64,000 nt of DNA from Staphylococcus phage vB_StaM_PB50. Shown here piece after piece: positions 38,074-48,003 of the stretch (position 1 is its first letter; each line of letters opens with the position of its first letter). The DNA is taken from the sequence record OR770614.1; one strand, given 5' to 3'. Under the pieces are notes generated by a model that was not told the origin of the DNA, did not search any database, and was given only the letters and a program-made list of their open reading frames with translations. A program made the translations under genes and the position numbers.

Positions 38074-38781
38074 TTATTTCTCTCCTTTAATATATAGATT
38101 TGTATAGTGATTATTTAATTTATTTCCATCTTTTCTACGTATATATGTTGCATATACTTCTTTATTTAAGAAATTTTCTAGTACTAATTTTTTAATTAAG
38201 AATAAAGGATTTTCTTTATAATTTGATATATTAACATAAGGTTCTTCACCTATAAAATTGATAGGTAATAATTTATTCGTGTTTGTATTTTTAACTCTTC
38301 CATAGCTACTTAATATAAAATTATCATAACATTTAATATTAGTCCATTCTTCATTATTTTCATCGTATATTAATTCTTTATTCAAATTATTTAAAACACC
38401 TTTAATTCTTCTAATTGATGTGTGGTTATTAATATTAAATTTATCAGATAATTGTTCTTTATCATTGTTTTTTAAAAGTATCTTAATCTCTTCTATATCT
38501 TTAATAGAATATTTTCTTATAGGTGTATATTCTAAATTATCTTTATGAACATTTAATGAATTCCCATCTTTGTAATGTAAATGTTTATAATTATTTTGAT
38601 TATCTAAAAATGTTTCAGCTACTATTCTATCAACTCTTTGTAATTTTCTACCATTCATATTAAAATGTAAATGGTTATTAACTGGAAAAATACTTACATA
38701 AATATCTTCGTATTCATTGTATATATTACCTTTTTCACTAATTATATACCTTTCATCTTTTGGGTATTGTTTCCATTTCAT
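38074..38781 (-). CDS. HNH homing-type endonuclease (NUMOD4 + HNH_3)
   Basis: N-terminal W..P...YIISEKGNIYN (NUMOD4-like), HLHYKDGNSLNVHKDNLEY (H-x-D-G-N..N..N-L HNH core), second NUMOD4-like WTNIKCYDNFILSSYGRVKN; immediately upstream of ligase. Confidence 0.6.
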   Translation of the reverse strand: MKWKQYPKDERYIISEKGNIYNEYEDIYVSIFPVNNHLHFNMNGRKLQRVDRIVAETFLDNQNNYKHLHYKDGNSLNVHKDNLEYTPIRKYSIKDIEEIKILLKNNDKEQLSDKFNINNHTSIRRIKGVLNNLNKELIYDENNEEWTNIKCYDNFILSSYGRVKNTNTNKLLPINFIGEEPYVNISNYKENPLFLIKKLVLENFLNKEVYATYIRRKDGNKLNNHYTNLYIKGEK

Positions 38782-38809
38782 ATTTTTTCCATCTCCTTAT
38801 TAATATAAA

Positions 38810-38983
38810 AACGTATTGTACAACAAATCAAAAACAAAAATGGCTATTACACATACTATAAATGAAATCAATGTTATCAACGATCCCATAAATAATATGT
38901 GAGAATCTTTTACACAGATTCCCACAACAAGTGCAATTATTCCTACAATTATACTTATTATTGATCCCATTATTAAAATGCTA
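38810..38983 (-). CDS. small membrane protein (about 57 aa), not in ORF track
   Basis: MGSIISIIVGIIALVVGICV...; two hydrophobic helices; coordinates approximate. Confidence 0.3.
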
Positions 38984-39060
38984 TTAATGCAAGAATGAAA
39001 TTTACTGCAATTACCATTATCTTTTCCATCTCCTTATTTATAAAAAAATTATTAAATTAA

Positions 39061-39116
39061 GAGTAATGATGAAGTTAATCATCATTACTCCATTTTTATA
39101 ATATATATTTAAATAT
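39061..39116 (-). promoter_or_regulatory. promoter-like motif + hairpin cassette
   Basis: TTAAATATATATTATAAAAATG + GAGTAATGATGATTAACTTCATCATTACTC. Confidence 0.45.
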
Positions 39117-39122
39117 TAATTT

Positions 39123-39320
39123 CTAAAAAGAAGTCAAATGCCAGTATATAATAAATGTCAATGATAATGATAATACTATTTTTATTAAATCTATTTTTAT
39201 ATCTTCTCTAAACGTTTTATTAAAAATTGAAATAAATAAAAATGAAATTTCTGATATAGAAAAACTTAAACTAATAATACCAATCCAAAATAAAATAATC
39301 ACATATATACCTAACAGCAA
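39123..39320 (-). CDS. small membrane protein
   Basis: 65 aa hydrophobic. Confidence 0.4.
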   Translation of the reverse strand: MLLGIYVIILFWIGIISLSFSISEISFLFISIFNKTFREDIKIDLIKIVLSLSLTFIIYWHLTSF

Positions 39321-40495
39321 CTTAAAAACATCCTTTCTCGTTTATCTTCTTCCACTTTATTAAATAAAGGACCAAAATATAAATTATTGCTTATTTTTTT
39401 ATTTTCTTTTTCATATTCGAAAATTTCATATAACATATTGAAAGTAAAATTATTACTTCTTATATAAGGAGTATCGTATAAGTTTGATACTTTATAAACA
39501 TTCATGATGTAATATTTGATAGCTTCTAAGAAATTGTTGAATTTATATTCTTTATCATTTCTAAATAATCTTAAATAAAAATTATTTGAAAGATTAAAAT
39601 CATATAGATTTTCAATTTTAACAAGAGTATTAAATAGATGATTATTTTTATGATCTTTATGATTTTCTATCAAATTATCTTCAATAATCTCAGTATCTAA
39701 AAATGTAAATTCATTTCTTCCTCTAGTATGATCAATAATATTATGAATATTACCATTCATCATTAAATTTAAAATTAAACCATTACTATATTTATTATCT
39801 AAATTCACAAATTCATTAATAAAATCTGAAAACGTATCTTCTGAAAAGAAAAAGCGTGTAAAGTTACTTCCAATATCATCCGATGGTTCTATATATTCAT
39901 AATAATCATCAACATTATCAGTATCAAGAAAAATAGTAGACATCTTTGAAGTGTAGTATTTTTCATCTCCATTTAATTCATTAAAGAAATTATTATTTTT
40001 AGAAAATTCTTTAATTAATTTTTTATTAAAATTGTATGGATGTACAGTTAATGCCCCTAAAGAACTCATTAAATCTTCATCAGTTAAAATATTTAAATAT
40101 AGCAATAATGTCTTAATATAAGATATTGAAACTACAAAATCTTTTCTTTCATAATTTTTAAAATTCTTTTCCATATCTAAAAATATTTCATATTGATTTA
40201 CTTCATTTCCTTTAATTAAATTACCTAAATACATTATTATTAAATCATCATTATTTTCATTTGATAATTCAATTAATGTATCTTTATATTCATTTAATTT
40301 ATTTTCTATATCTTTATAAAATGTAGATGTTTTTCTAAAGAAAGATTTACCATTAAAATAAAAATAAATTAGGTAATCCATTAATTCTTCAAATAATAAT
40401 TTTTCATCTTTTTTAATTTTATCTTTATTAATCATTATATTATTATATTTATTCTCAATTAATAACAAATCTTTTTCTTCAATTACATATTTCAT
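39311..40495 (-). CDS. hypothetical protein
   Basis: 394-aa ORF. Confidence 0.5.
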   Translation of the reverse strand: MKYVIEEKDLLLIENKYNNIMINKDKIKKDEKLLFEELMDYLIYFYFNGKSFFRKTSTFYKDIENKLNEYKDTLIELSNENNDDLIIMYLGNLIKGNEVNQYEIFLDMEKNFKNYERKDFVVSISYIKTLLLYLNILTDEDLMSSLGALTVHPYNFNKKLIKEFSKNNNFFNELNGDEKYYTSKMSTIFLDTDNVDDYYEYIEPSDDIGSNFTRFFFSEDTFSDFINEFVNLDNKYSNGLILNLMMNGNIHNIIDHTRGRNEFTFLDTEIIEDNLIENHKDHKNNHLFNTLVKIENLYDFNLSNNFYLRLFRNDKEYKFNNFLEAIKYYIMNVYKVSNLYDTPYIRSNNFTFNMLYEIFEYEKENKKISNNLYFGPLFNKVEEDKRERMFLSCC

Positions 40496-40509
40496 ATCTC
40501 TTTCATCTC

Positions 40510-41217
40510 CTAATTAAATGATTTTGATGCATAATGTGTTTTTAATTTTTTAGATATGTGCTCTCTATCTTTTTTATTTATTTGATTAAATAATTTTAGA
40601 TTGATATTTTCCATTTCTTTAATTGAATCTAATCTTGAGGCATAATCATCTAGTAATTCCATAACACGAGCTCCATTCATTATTGAATTATTAAATGAAT
40701 CTTCACTTACTAAAAAATCTTTATCAGATACTATTTCAGAATTCATGACAATCTTAAAACTAGTATTTTTAGTATATTCTGAATTAATAGATTTTAAATA
40801 ATTTATTAAAGTTTCTACTATTAAGAATAATTTTAGTTTTACTCTACTTAATATTAGATGACTATCATTCGCATTTATTTCAAATCTATGGTTAAAATGC
40901 GAATATACAATATTAAACAATTTCTTTTCATTATAGTAATTTATTACTTCTTTAAGAGATTCTATACCTAGTCTACCAGATAATGCATATTGAAACGCAG
41001 TAACTAAGAGTAATTCATATTTTCTAGCATTATCAAACAATTCGCTTTCATCCATTTCATTTTCTTGTTGTTTAATCATAGGTATTAGTCTATCTATTTT
41101 TTCTGAATCACTTATTTTACTTTTGTATTTATTTTTCATTTCTTTAGTATCCATATAATCCTTTAGAACTATTTCAGTTCTAATGGATGTATTAGGATTT
41201 TTATTATAATTATACAT
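40510..41217 (-). CDS. hypothetical protein
   Basis: 235-aa ORF. Confidence 0.5.
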   Translation of the reverse strand: MYNYNKNPNTSIRTEIVLKDYMDTKEMKNKYKSKISDSEKIDRLIPMIKQQENEMDESELFDNARKYELLLVTAFQYALSGRLGIESLKEVINYYNEKKLFNIVYSHFNHRFEINANDSHLILSRVKLKLFLIVETLINYLKSINSEYTKNTSFKIVMNSEIVSDKDFLVSEDSFNNSIMNGARVMELLDDYASRLDSIKEMENINLKLFNQINKKDREHISKKLKTHYASKSFN

Positions 41218-41231
41218 AGTAAATTCTCCTT

Positions 41232-41789
41232 TTATTTAAAATTATTTCTGACTAGATATTTTTTAACTTCTCTTTCAAAATGATTCACTATATTATCTTC
41301 AAAGAATTCTCTTTCTTTTTTAATATATTCAATCAATGCTTTTATATACATAATATAGTTTATTGAGATTATTTTATCAAGTTTCTCATTATAATAAATA
41401 TATATCGTATTAGATTCAGAACTAAATTCGCTAAGAGTTTCTGCTTTAGATTTAAACTGATCTTTCATCATTTCTATAAAATTATCAAATGCAAATTTAT
41501 TATTAAACGTACCTTCCATAATTGTATATAAACCGTAATCGTATATTGAATGTCTAATAACTTCTTCTAAACTTACTGATGGTATAATAGTGCCGATATT
41601 CCTATTTCTTAACTCATTTGCTTTATTTTTAAGAATATACGTTAAAATCTCATTTTGACTATTAACTTTATTATACATATCCCTTTTTTCTTTAATAGAC
41701 ATTTTATTAATAATATTATCAAAATCATCAATATTCTTTTTAAAAATATCTACATTAAAAGTTTTATCTACGTCTATTTCAGCATTCAT
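41232..41789 (-). CDS. hypothetical protein (paralog of 41805..42353; KxNFK tail)
   Basis: ...YIMYIKALIEYIKKEREFFEDNIVNHFEREVKKYLVRNNFK. Confidence 0.5.
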   Translation of the reverse strand: MNAEIDVDKTFNVDIFKKNIDDFDNIINKMSIKEKRDMYNKVNSQNEILTYILKNKANELRNRNIGTIIPSVSLEEVIRHSIYDYGLYTIMEGTFNNKFAFDNFIEMMKDQFKSKAETLSEFSSESNTIYIYYNEKLDKIISINYIMYIKALIEYIKKEREFFEDNIVNHFEREVKKYLVRNNFK

Positions 41790-41804
41790 AAAATTTATCT
41801 CCTT

Positions 41805-42353
41805 TTATTTAAAATTATTTTTAACTAGGTAATTTTTATACTCTTTTAAAATATCATTAACTAATTCTTCTCCATAAAAATGTCTTGCACTGTCAAAATA
41901 ATTAATTAAAGACTTTAAGTACATTAAATAATCAACTTCGATTAATTTATTTAATTTAGTATTAAAATAAATATGTACAACGCCTTCAGATCCTCTTGAA
42001 AATTTATCTAGTTCTGATTGATTTTCATTTTTCTCAAATCCTCTTTTAATATTATTTGCAAAATGGTCAAAATTTAATTTCCCATTACTTGTAGTTAAAT
42101 TAATAGTTAACATCGAATATACATCATAATCATTTAATATATGTTTAATAAAAAACTCTAAACTATCAGCTTCTAAAATCCTACCTAATTGGTTAATCAT
42201 TAATTCTTTTTTATAATCTTTATATAGGTTAGTAAATAAATCACTTTCATTTTTACTTTTCTTGTATAAATTTCCTGCTTCTTCAAAATTTAAATTATTA
42301 ATAGTACTATAAAATGCAGATAAATCTTTTCTAAGTTTTTCTTCACCAAACAT
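41805..42353 (-). CDS. hypothetical protein (paralog of 41232..41789)
   Basis: ...YLMYLKSLINYFDSARHFYGEELVNDILKEYKNYLVKNNFK. Confidence 0.5.
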   Translation of the reverse strand: MFGEEKLRKDLSAFYSTINNLNFEEAGNLYKKSKNESDLFTNLYKDYKKELMINQLGRILEADSLEFFIKHILNDYDVYSMLTINLTTSNGKLNFDHFANNIKRGFEKNENQSELDKFSRGSEGVVHIYFNTKLNKLIEVDYLMYLKSLINYFDSARHFYGEELVNDILKEYKNYLVKNNFK

Positions 42354-42369
42354 AATAATCCTCCTTATT

Positions 42370-44268
42370 CTATCTAAACATTATATTTACAATTTCATTT
42401 CTAAAAGCTTTATCTAATTCTCTAGCTTCATCTGGAAAGAATTTACCTATATATCTACATAATTCTCTAAAGAATTCTGGTAGAGTTAAATGAGTTAATT
42501 CAATACCGTCATATGATATTATGAAGTGATTAGTTTCATAATATGTATTTTTATTATTTGAAACCTTATCAGAAATATTTTTTACTAATCGTTTAGCAAC
42601 AGAATTAATTTTTAAATCAAATTTTATATTAATACCAGAATCTTTTAAAAGACCCAGACTCATTTTTTCTTCAAAGTAACTATCTAAATCTTTATAATAA
42701 AATCTACTAGCATTTACGTCAATATCATATTTAAAGTTATTGAATATTTTATCAATTTCTTCAATTTTACTTGCAGCATAAGAACTATTTTTATACATTA
42801 ATGGTTCTATAATACTATTAGACGTTACATCTATAATATTTATTCTATTTATATTCTTATTACTAAATACCGAATTAGAATTTAATTCTATACCAGCCTT
42901 TATTAATTCATCTATTTTAAAATCAGAATGATCTCTAGTTAATAATTTATTTTCTTTAATAAGGTTAATATTTCTTCTAAGTTTACTAGGTGTATTACTA
43001 AGAATTAATTTGAAAAGTGATTTTATAGTTTCAAATTCAAATTTCTTTAATTTAGAAGGATTATATAAGTATTTATCTATTAATCCATAGAAATACTTGT
43101 GTTCAATTATACAGATATCATTAGTTAATAAGTTATACGATTCTAAGTTACAAATTTTACTAATTCTTCTATTTTCAGTTAAACTTGTTTTATTCACATA
43201 TAAATCATTTATATAATTACCTAATAAGATATTATAATAATTATTGCCATCCATGCATTTTTTAAGGATATTTAATTTAGTATCTTTTAAATCAAATTCA
43301 TTTTTATAATTTGAATCATAATTTTTATATCCTTCATCTTTGGTTGATGTGAATAACCATTCAGGTAAGAAGTTGTCCATTACAGCATATTTCTTTATAT
43401 TATTTTTACTACTATTATCATTAATAAAAGTAAATGCTTTAGTTAATATATATTCAAATTTATCAAAGTTCATATCTACAACAATTTCAAACATATCTGG
43501 AGCTATACCTTTACGATAATCAACTGACTCACTATAATAATTATTGATATGCTTTCCTGGTTTTAAATCATTAATTAAAATACTAAGTTCTTCTTTTCTA
43601 TTTTTGTTAATTTTACAATCTATATACTCTATTATTAGATTCATAAAATAATCATTTAAATTCACATTTTTATTTTTAATATAAATCTTGTCTAAATTAT
43701 TTTTAGAAATATAAGATAATTGTAGGTATGAGAAGATTAAATTAAATAAAAAGAAATCTCTATCTATTTTCTTTATATTTCCATTTTTACATTTATTGAT
43801 TCCTTCTGATAAACTATATGGAACTAACAAACTATAATAAAAATTAAAAAGACTATTTTTACTTAAGTATTCTTCAATTAAACTAATATTATCTCTAGTA
43901 TCAAATATAGATCTATTTAACATTGCTTCTAAACTACTAATCATTTCTGAATACATAATTTTTGTTGTACTGTCTAAATTTTGTTTATCTATTTGATCAC
44001 TTAGGTATTTTATTGAATTTAAATAATCTTCTTTCTTTGGATTCTGTAAGTGAACATTAGATTGTTCCTTTAGACCTTTTGCTTCTTGTACAGACATTTT
44101 ATTTATATTTTCAATAACATCAGAAAAGAAATCATTAAATTTAGTTTTAATATTATCATTATAGAATTCAAATATATTATCTACATTAATACCATTATTA
44201 TCAATATATTCCAATTTATCAATTATGTCATTTATTAAGTCTCTATGAACTGCCATTATCATATTCAT
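42370..44268 (-). CDS. hypothetical protein (632 aa)
   Basis: long ORF without recognisable motifs. Confidence 0.5.
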   Translation of the reverse strand: MNMIMAVHRDLINDIIDKLEYIDNNGINVDNIFEFYNDNIKTKFNDFFSDVIENINKMSVQEAKGLKEQSNVHLQNPKKEDYLNSIKYLSDQIDKQNLDSTTKIMYSEMISSLEAMLNRSIFDTRDNISLIEEYLSKNSLFNFYYSLLVPYSLSEGINKCKNGNIKKIDRDFFLFNLIFSYLQLSYISKNNLDKIYIKNKNVNLNDYFMNLIIEYIDCKINKNRKEELSILINDLKPGKHINNYYSESVDYRKGIAPDMFEIVVDMNFDKFEYILTKAFTFINDNSSKNNIKKYAVMDNFLPEWLFTSTKDEGYKNYDSNYKNEFDLKDTKLNILKKCMDGNNYYNILLGNYINDLYVNKTSLTENRRISKICNLESYNLLTNDICIIEHKYFYGLIDKYLYNPSKLKKFEFETIKSLFKLILSNTPSKLRRNINLIKENKLLTRDHSDFKIDELIKAGIELNSNSVFSNKNINRINIIDVTSNSIIEPLMYKNSSYAASKIEEIDKIFNNFKYDIDVNASRFYYKDLDSYFEEKMSLGLLKDSGINIKFDLKINSVAKRLVKNISDKVSNNKNTYYETNHFIISYDGIELTHLTLPEFFRELCRYIGKFFPDEARELDKAFRNEIVNIMFR

Positions 44269-44299
44269 CTCCTATTTATAAAAAATACTGATTTAACTA

Positions 44300-44908
44300 T
44301 TAAATAAAATTATCTTTTACTGCATATTTATTCATTTCTTTAATTAATGATTCAACTATTTCTTCTTTTAATGAATCTAATAAAAACTTCTCTAAAGAAT
44401 CTATAAATTGTTTGTATGTTAATTCTTTCCATTCTGATTTAATATTAATATATAAAGATCTATTTTCTTTACTAAATGCTTCATATTCTTTATAAAATAC
44501 TTTAGCAATTTCTTTGAATGTCTTCTTACTAATTATAGGTAATTCTTCTACATTATCTAAGAAGAAATAATATAGAGGATATACTTCATCTTCTGTATAT
44601 ATTTTAGAATCTATAGATATTTTTATAGTATGTGCATCCAATTTTTCTTTACCACTATTGTTATACAGAGATATATCTCCTATTTCTAAATTATTTAAAC
44701 TCATATCACTATTTTCCTCCATATCTTTAGATTCAGTAGATGGTGTTTCCCAAACTTTAGTAGTAGAAAAAAGATTATTTTGAGATGGAAGATTATAATT
44801 TACTCTTTTTGCATCTGTATGAAATACAACATTATCTGTATCTATATCAAATCTTTCAGCTAATTTTTTATATGTTTCTTTAAAATCTCTATTAATTTTA
44901 ATCACCAC
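44300..44908 (-). CDS. hypothetical protein (KDNFI tail)
   Basis: 202 aa; GTG start; C-terminus KEMNKYAVKDNFI. Confidence 0.45.
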   Translation of the reverse strand: MVIKINRDFKETYKKLAERFDIDTDNVVFHTDAKRVNYNLPSQNNLFSTTKVWETPSTESKDMEENSDMSLNNLEIGDISLYNNSGKEKLDAHTIKISIDSKIYTEDEVYPLYYFFLDNVEELPIISKKTFKEIAKVFYKEYEAFSKENRSLYINIKSEWKELTYKQFIDSLEKFLLDSLKEEIVESLIKEMNKYAVKDNFI

Positions 44909-44917
44909 TTTTTATTA

Positions 44918-44985
44918 AATAAGGAGTAATGATGAAATTAATCACCATTACTCCAATTATATTTATTTTGAATCTTCTTTAATTT
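44918..44985. repeat. direct repeat copy A (cassette + last beta-C codons)
   Basis: about 65-75 nt near-identical to 45237..45305: ..AGTAATGATGAAATTAATCA(C/T)CATTACT..ATTATATTTATTTTGAATCTTCTTTAATTT. Confidence 0.65.
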
Positions 44986-45216
44986 TTATCCTGCATCATA
45001 CGTGTTATCACCATTGATTGAAGTAGTTGGCTCTACTTTTTCCCACTCTACATCTGATTTAAATTTAGGTCGAAAATCTCCATCGCCATCTGCAAAAATT
45101 GAAACACTGCCAGACGAACCTACTATTCCAAGACATTCCATTTCGTTCAACATTGACATAAAACAATCAATCCATCTTTCTTCCATTTCAACTTCAATTG
45201 TAAATTTCTTTTTCAT
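44986..45216 (-). CDS. hypothetical protein flanked by about 65-75-bp direct repeats
   Basis: 76 aa; TAAAGGAG RBS; flanked by near-identical copies of cassette + last codons of beta-C. Confidence 0.5.
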   Translation of the reverse strand: MKKKFTIEVEMEERWIDCFMSMLNEMECLGIVGSSGSVSIFADGDGDFRPKFKSDVEWEKVEPTTSINGDNTYDAG

Positions 45217-45236
45217 AATAATACTCCTTTATTAAA

Positions 45237-45305
45237 AATAAAAGTAATGATGAAATTAATCATCATTACTTTTATTATATTTATTTTGAATCTTCTTTAA
45301 TTTCT
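45237..45305. repeat. direct repeat copy B
   Basis: see copy A; includes the genuine 3' end (..KEDSK-stop) of beta-C. Confidence 0.65.
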
Positions 45306-45673
45306 TTAACTAGATTATTTATTTCTCTAGGTGATAAATCTTTAATATCATCTACATTTTCGAATTTTTCCATTAAGAACTCTAATTGATCTGGAGAAAG
45401 ATCCATAATTGAATGAAGATCTTCTTCTCCTGCTTTATTATAATCAATACTAACATTTAGTGGACTAAAGTAAGCATTAAGTACTTTAGTGTTATTATTT
45501 TGATATCTCTTTTCAAATGAAGTATTTAATTTAAACGGATTACCTGTATATAACTCTACTAATAGACGTTTTCTTAAGTCTTCATTATTAGAGTACATAT
45601 TAGTTAATTCATTAATAGCTTTGATAGATCCACCGATCATCATGTTAGTTGTTTCCATCTCACCGCAGTTATT
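45281..45673 (-). CDS. RNA polymerase beta C-terminal fragment, exon 4
   Basis: exon begins NNCGEMETTNMMIGGSIKAINEL (cf. RpoB ..GGQRFGEMEVWALEAYGAA..); ORF-track Met at 45658 is internal. Confidence 0.6.
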   Translation of the reverse strand, partial: NNCGEMETTNMMIGGSIKAINELTNMYSNNEDLRKRLLVELYTGNPFKLNTSFEKRYQNNNTKVLNAYFSPLNVSIDYNKAGEEDLHSIMDLSPDQLEFLMEKFENVDDIKDLSPREINNLVKEIKEDSK

Positions 45674-45833
45674 CTAAATATTATTATTTAGCTAGACTAT
45701 ATCATTACCATTTAAGGTAGAATATATTTAGTCGTTGAACACTAATTAAAGTGATGCCGATTAGTTTAATACTCTTCTCAGCAATTAATATTCTTTACAT
45801 TTATACATTTCTATATAACGGAGCCTTTATTTG
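45674..45833 (-). mobile_element. compact ORF-less group I intron (about 160 nt), beta-C intron 3
   Basis: 5' exon ends ..CUCAGAGU with IGS GCUC 12 nt inside intron (G.U at splice site); R GUUCAACGACUAAAU and S AAUGAUAUAGUCU; ends ..AUUUAG. Confidence 0.65.
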
Positions 45834-46491
45834 ACTCTGAGAGGATTGTTGTTTATTCTTGATCTATAGAACTTAGAATCGGGTGTTCGTGTGGGAATAC
45901 CACTGTAATTATTAAAGTCAATTGATTTTGCACTTAATTTCCCACTAGGCTCGTGTTTTAACTTCAGGTGATACAAATCTCCAACCATAAATGTTCTATT
46001 ACTAACATCTAGTCGGTTTTTCTTAATATTGTATTTATTGAATAAGTATCTGATTTGTTCAGATTCAATATTATCAAAGAAAGGTGCTTGATGAAGTACA
46101 ATACCATTTTTAATAAAGTCTTCAATAGCTTCTTTAGTCTCTTCATTATCTAAACTATCAAATAATTTTACATAATTATCATAAGATACTTTATCTGCAT
46201 CTTTGATATATTCTAATAAATATTCTTTCTGCTTATTAACATCATCTAACTTACTAATACGATGTCTAATAACGCTTGAAATATGATTTAATTCTAATTC
46301 AACTAATGCTGAAGGATTTCCTCTATTAATAATACCCATATTATTATGAATTAAGTCTACTCTTTTCTTAATAGGGGTTTTATTATCTTTTGTGAAATCT
46401 TCTCCATCAAATTCAGTAATCATTGGCATTTCATTATCTGGAACAATCTTAGCTACTACACCTTTTCCACCGTACCTTGTGCTTATTTTTG
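45834..46491 (-). CDS. RNA polymerase beta C-terminal fragment, exon 3
   Basis: (G)SKISTRYGGKGVVAKIVPDNEMPM...DLIHNNMGIINRGNPSALVE (cf. [41 protein letters not shown]) and FMVGDLYHLKLKHEPSGKLSAKS (cf. [20 protein letters not shown]). Confidence 0.75.
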
Positions 46492-46675
46492 CATTTGTGT
46501 TAATGAACTTCATATACTTTACTAAGAAGATCAGACTATATCATTACCTTCATATAAGGTAGAATATATTTAGTCGTTGAACACTATTTATAGTGATGCT
46601 GATTAATTTTATAATTCTCAGCAATTAATATTCTTTACATATAAATTTTCATTCATAAGGGACCTATTAATTTGA
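46492..46675 (-). mobile_element. compact ORF-less group I intron (about 184 nt), beta-C intron 2
   Basis: 5' exon ends ..CACGGAU, IGS GUCC in AAUAGGUCC; R/S elements; 3' end ..ACAAAUG; splicing joins PLVHG-SKISTRYGGKG. Confidence 0.65.
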
Positions 46676-47242
46676 TCCGTGCACTAAAGGTTTCTTCTCT
46701 AATACTTTAACTCTAAATACGATTTTATCAAATTGATTTCCATCATATACAAGTTTAGCATTAGGATCAATGTAGCTCTTAAATCTATTATAAGTTCTAA
46801 TTAAATCATTACTAAATTTCTTCTTGCGTACAATATCATCAGTAACAGTTACAAATGTACGATAGAAGTGTTCTAAATCTTTGATATATTTTAAGAATTG
46901 CTCTGAGTACTTTTCATTCTCTAATTTTTCAATTGATTCATTATTAAGTACATCAATATCAATAATTTTACCATGTACCTTGTATGCATTATCACTTTCA
47001 ACAATTTTAGATAACATATCATTTTTAAATTTATGAATTAATTCGTCATAGTTTAGTCGTCTTGTTGCTGTTAATACACCATCTTTAATTTCTTCTCCAA
47101 CATCTGGAAATGCTTTATAACTTTCTTCATCACCATAAATATTTAAAGGAATATCATTTGTATTTATAGTTACATTAACTACATGAACGAAATAACTTGA
47201 CATTTTCTCAGCTAATGATTCTGATACAACAATACCATCTTC
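46676..47242 (-). CDS. RNA polymerase beta C-terminal fragment, exon 2
   Basis: begins EDGIVVSESLAEK.. (cf. FEDSILVSERV..), ends IVFRVKVLEKKPLVHG(S) (cf. IVKVYLAVKRRIQPGDK); ORF-track Met at 47203 is internal. Confidence 0.7.
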
Positions 47243-47403
47243 CTATAGGTTATAATTAATAAAATTATACCATAGACTATATCATTACCGTTTAAGGTAG
47301 AATATATTTAGTCGTTGAACACTGTTTTTAGTGATGCTGATTAATTTAATAACATCTCAGCAATTAATATTCTTTACATACATAAATTTCTTTATGCAGG
47401 AAC
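47243..47403 (-). mobile_element. compact ORF-less group I intron (about 161 nt), beta-C intron 1
   Basis: R/S elements and P6/P8-like hairpins as in introns 2 and 3; ends ..CCUAUAG giving in-frame stop TAG just before exon 2; exact 5' splice site uncertain (+/- few nt). Confidence 0.55.
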
Positions 47404-47943
47404 AAAGTTAATTTTATTCGTAAATCCTTTATCTGGTAAAAATACTGAAGTAGCGTTTGTACCATATTGGAAATTATTTGATTCTTCATCATAGTTTTGA
47501 TCTTTATAAAGTACTTCATTTTTATCAACAGTACTACCAATTTCTAAAGAATCAATTTTTTCATTTTGATATTTATTACCGAACTTCTCAGCTAAATGAT
47601 TAGCTTCTTCTCTAATAATAATATCATACTCATCATTATCTTTATACTTCACTAAATAGTATTTTACATATTTATTCTTTTCAAATATAAAAATAACTTC
47701 AAAATCTCTTTCAGCTTTCTTATAACCAGTTGAATATTTACCCACTTGATTCTCAAAACCAGTTTGAATTAATGGAGGTTCAGCTTCAGTTAATTGAATA
47801 CATTGACCTATATGTGAAGTGAACATTTGTGATCTATTACCATTAGTTCTATTAACATTAGGCATTAATAGTAGTTCCGATAAAAATTCATGACTTTTCT
47901 TATCTTCAATCTCTTGCATTCTTTGTGTTCTTTCCTTTGTCAT
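47404..47943 (-). CDS. RNA polymerase beta C-terminal fragment, exon 1
   Basis: GGAGAGTG RBS; LLLMPNVNRTNGNRSQM..PLIQTGFEN (cf. LMGANMQRQAVPLL.PLVGTGME) and GTNATSVFLPDKGFTNKINF (cf. GQNMRVAFMPWNGYNFEDS). Confidence 0.75.
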
Positions 47944-48003
47944 CCTATAAACACTCTCCCTGTAATATAAAAGATAATGTGAAATAATATTCTCTTAATA
48001 TTC

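Noticed and set aside
45674-47403. GC-richer structured intergenic segments between ORFs 47392..47943 / 46667..47203 / 45827..46513 / 45281..45658 considered as tRNA or sRNA genes, and the four ORFs as separate small genes
   Set aside because: No tRNA cloverleaf or T-loop (GTTCGAATC-type) found. Segments contain group I R/S elements and removing them joins the flanking ORFs into a continuous RpoB homolog. The ORF-track Met starts and C-terminal tails are intronic read-through.
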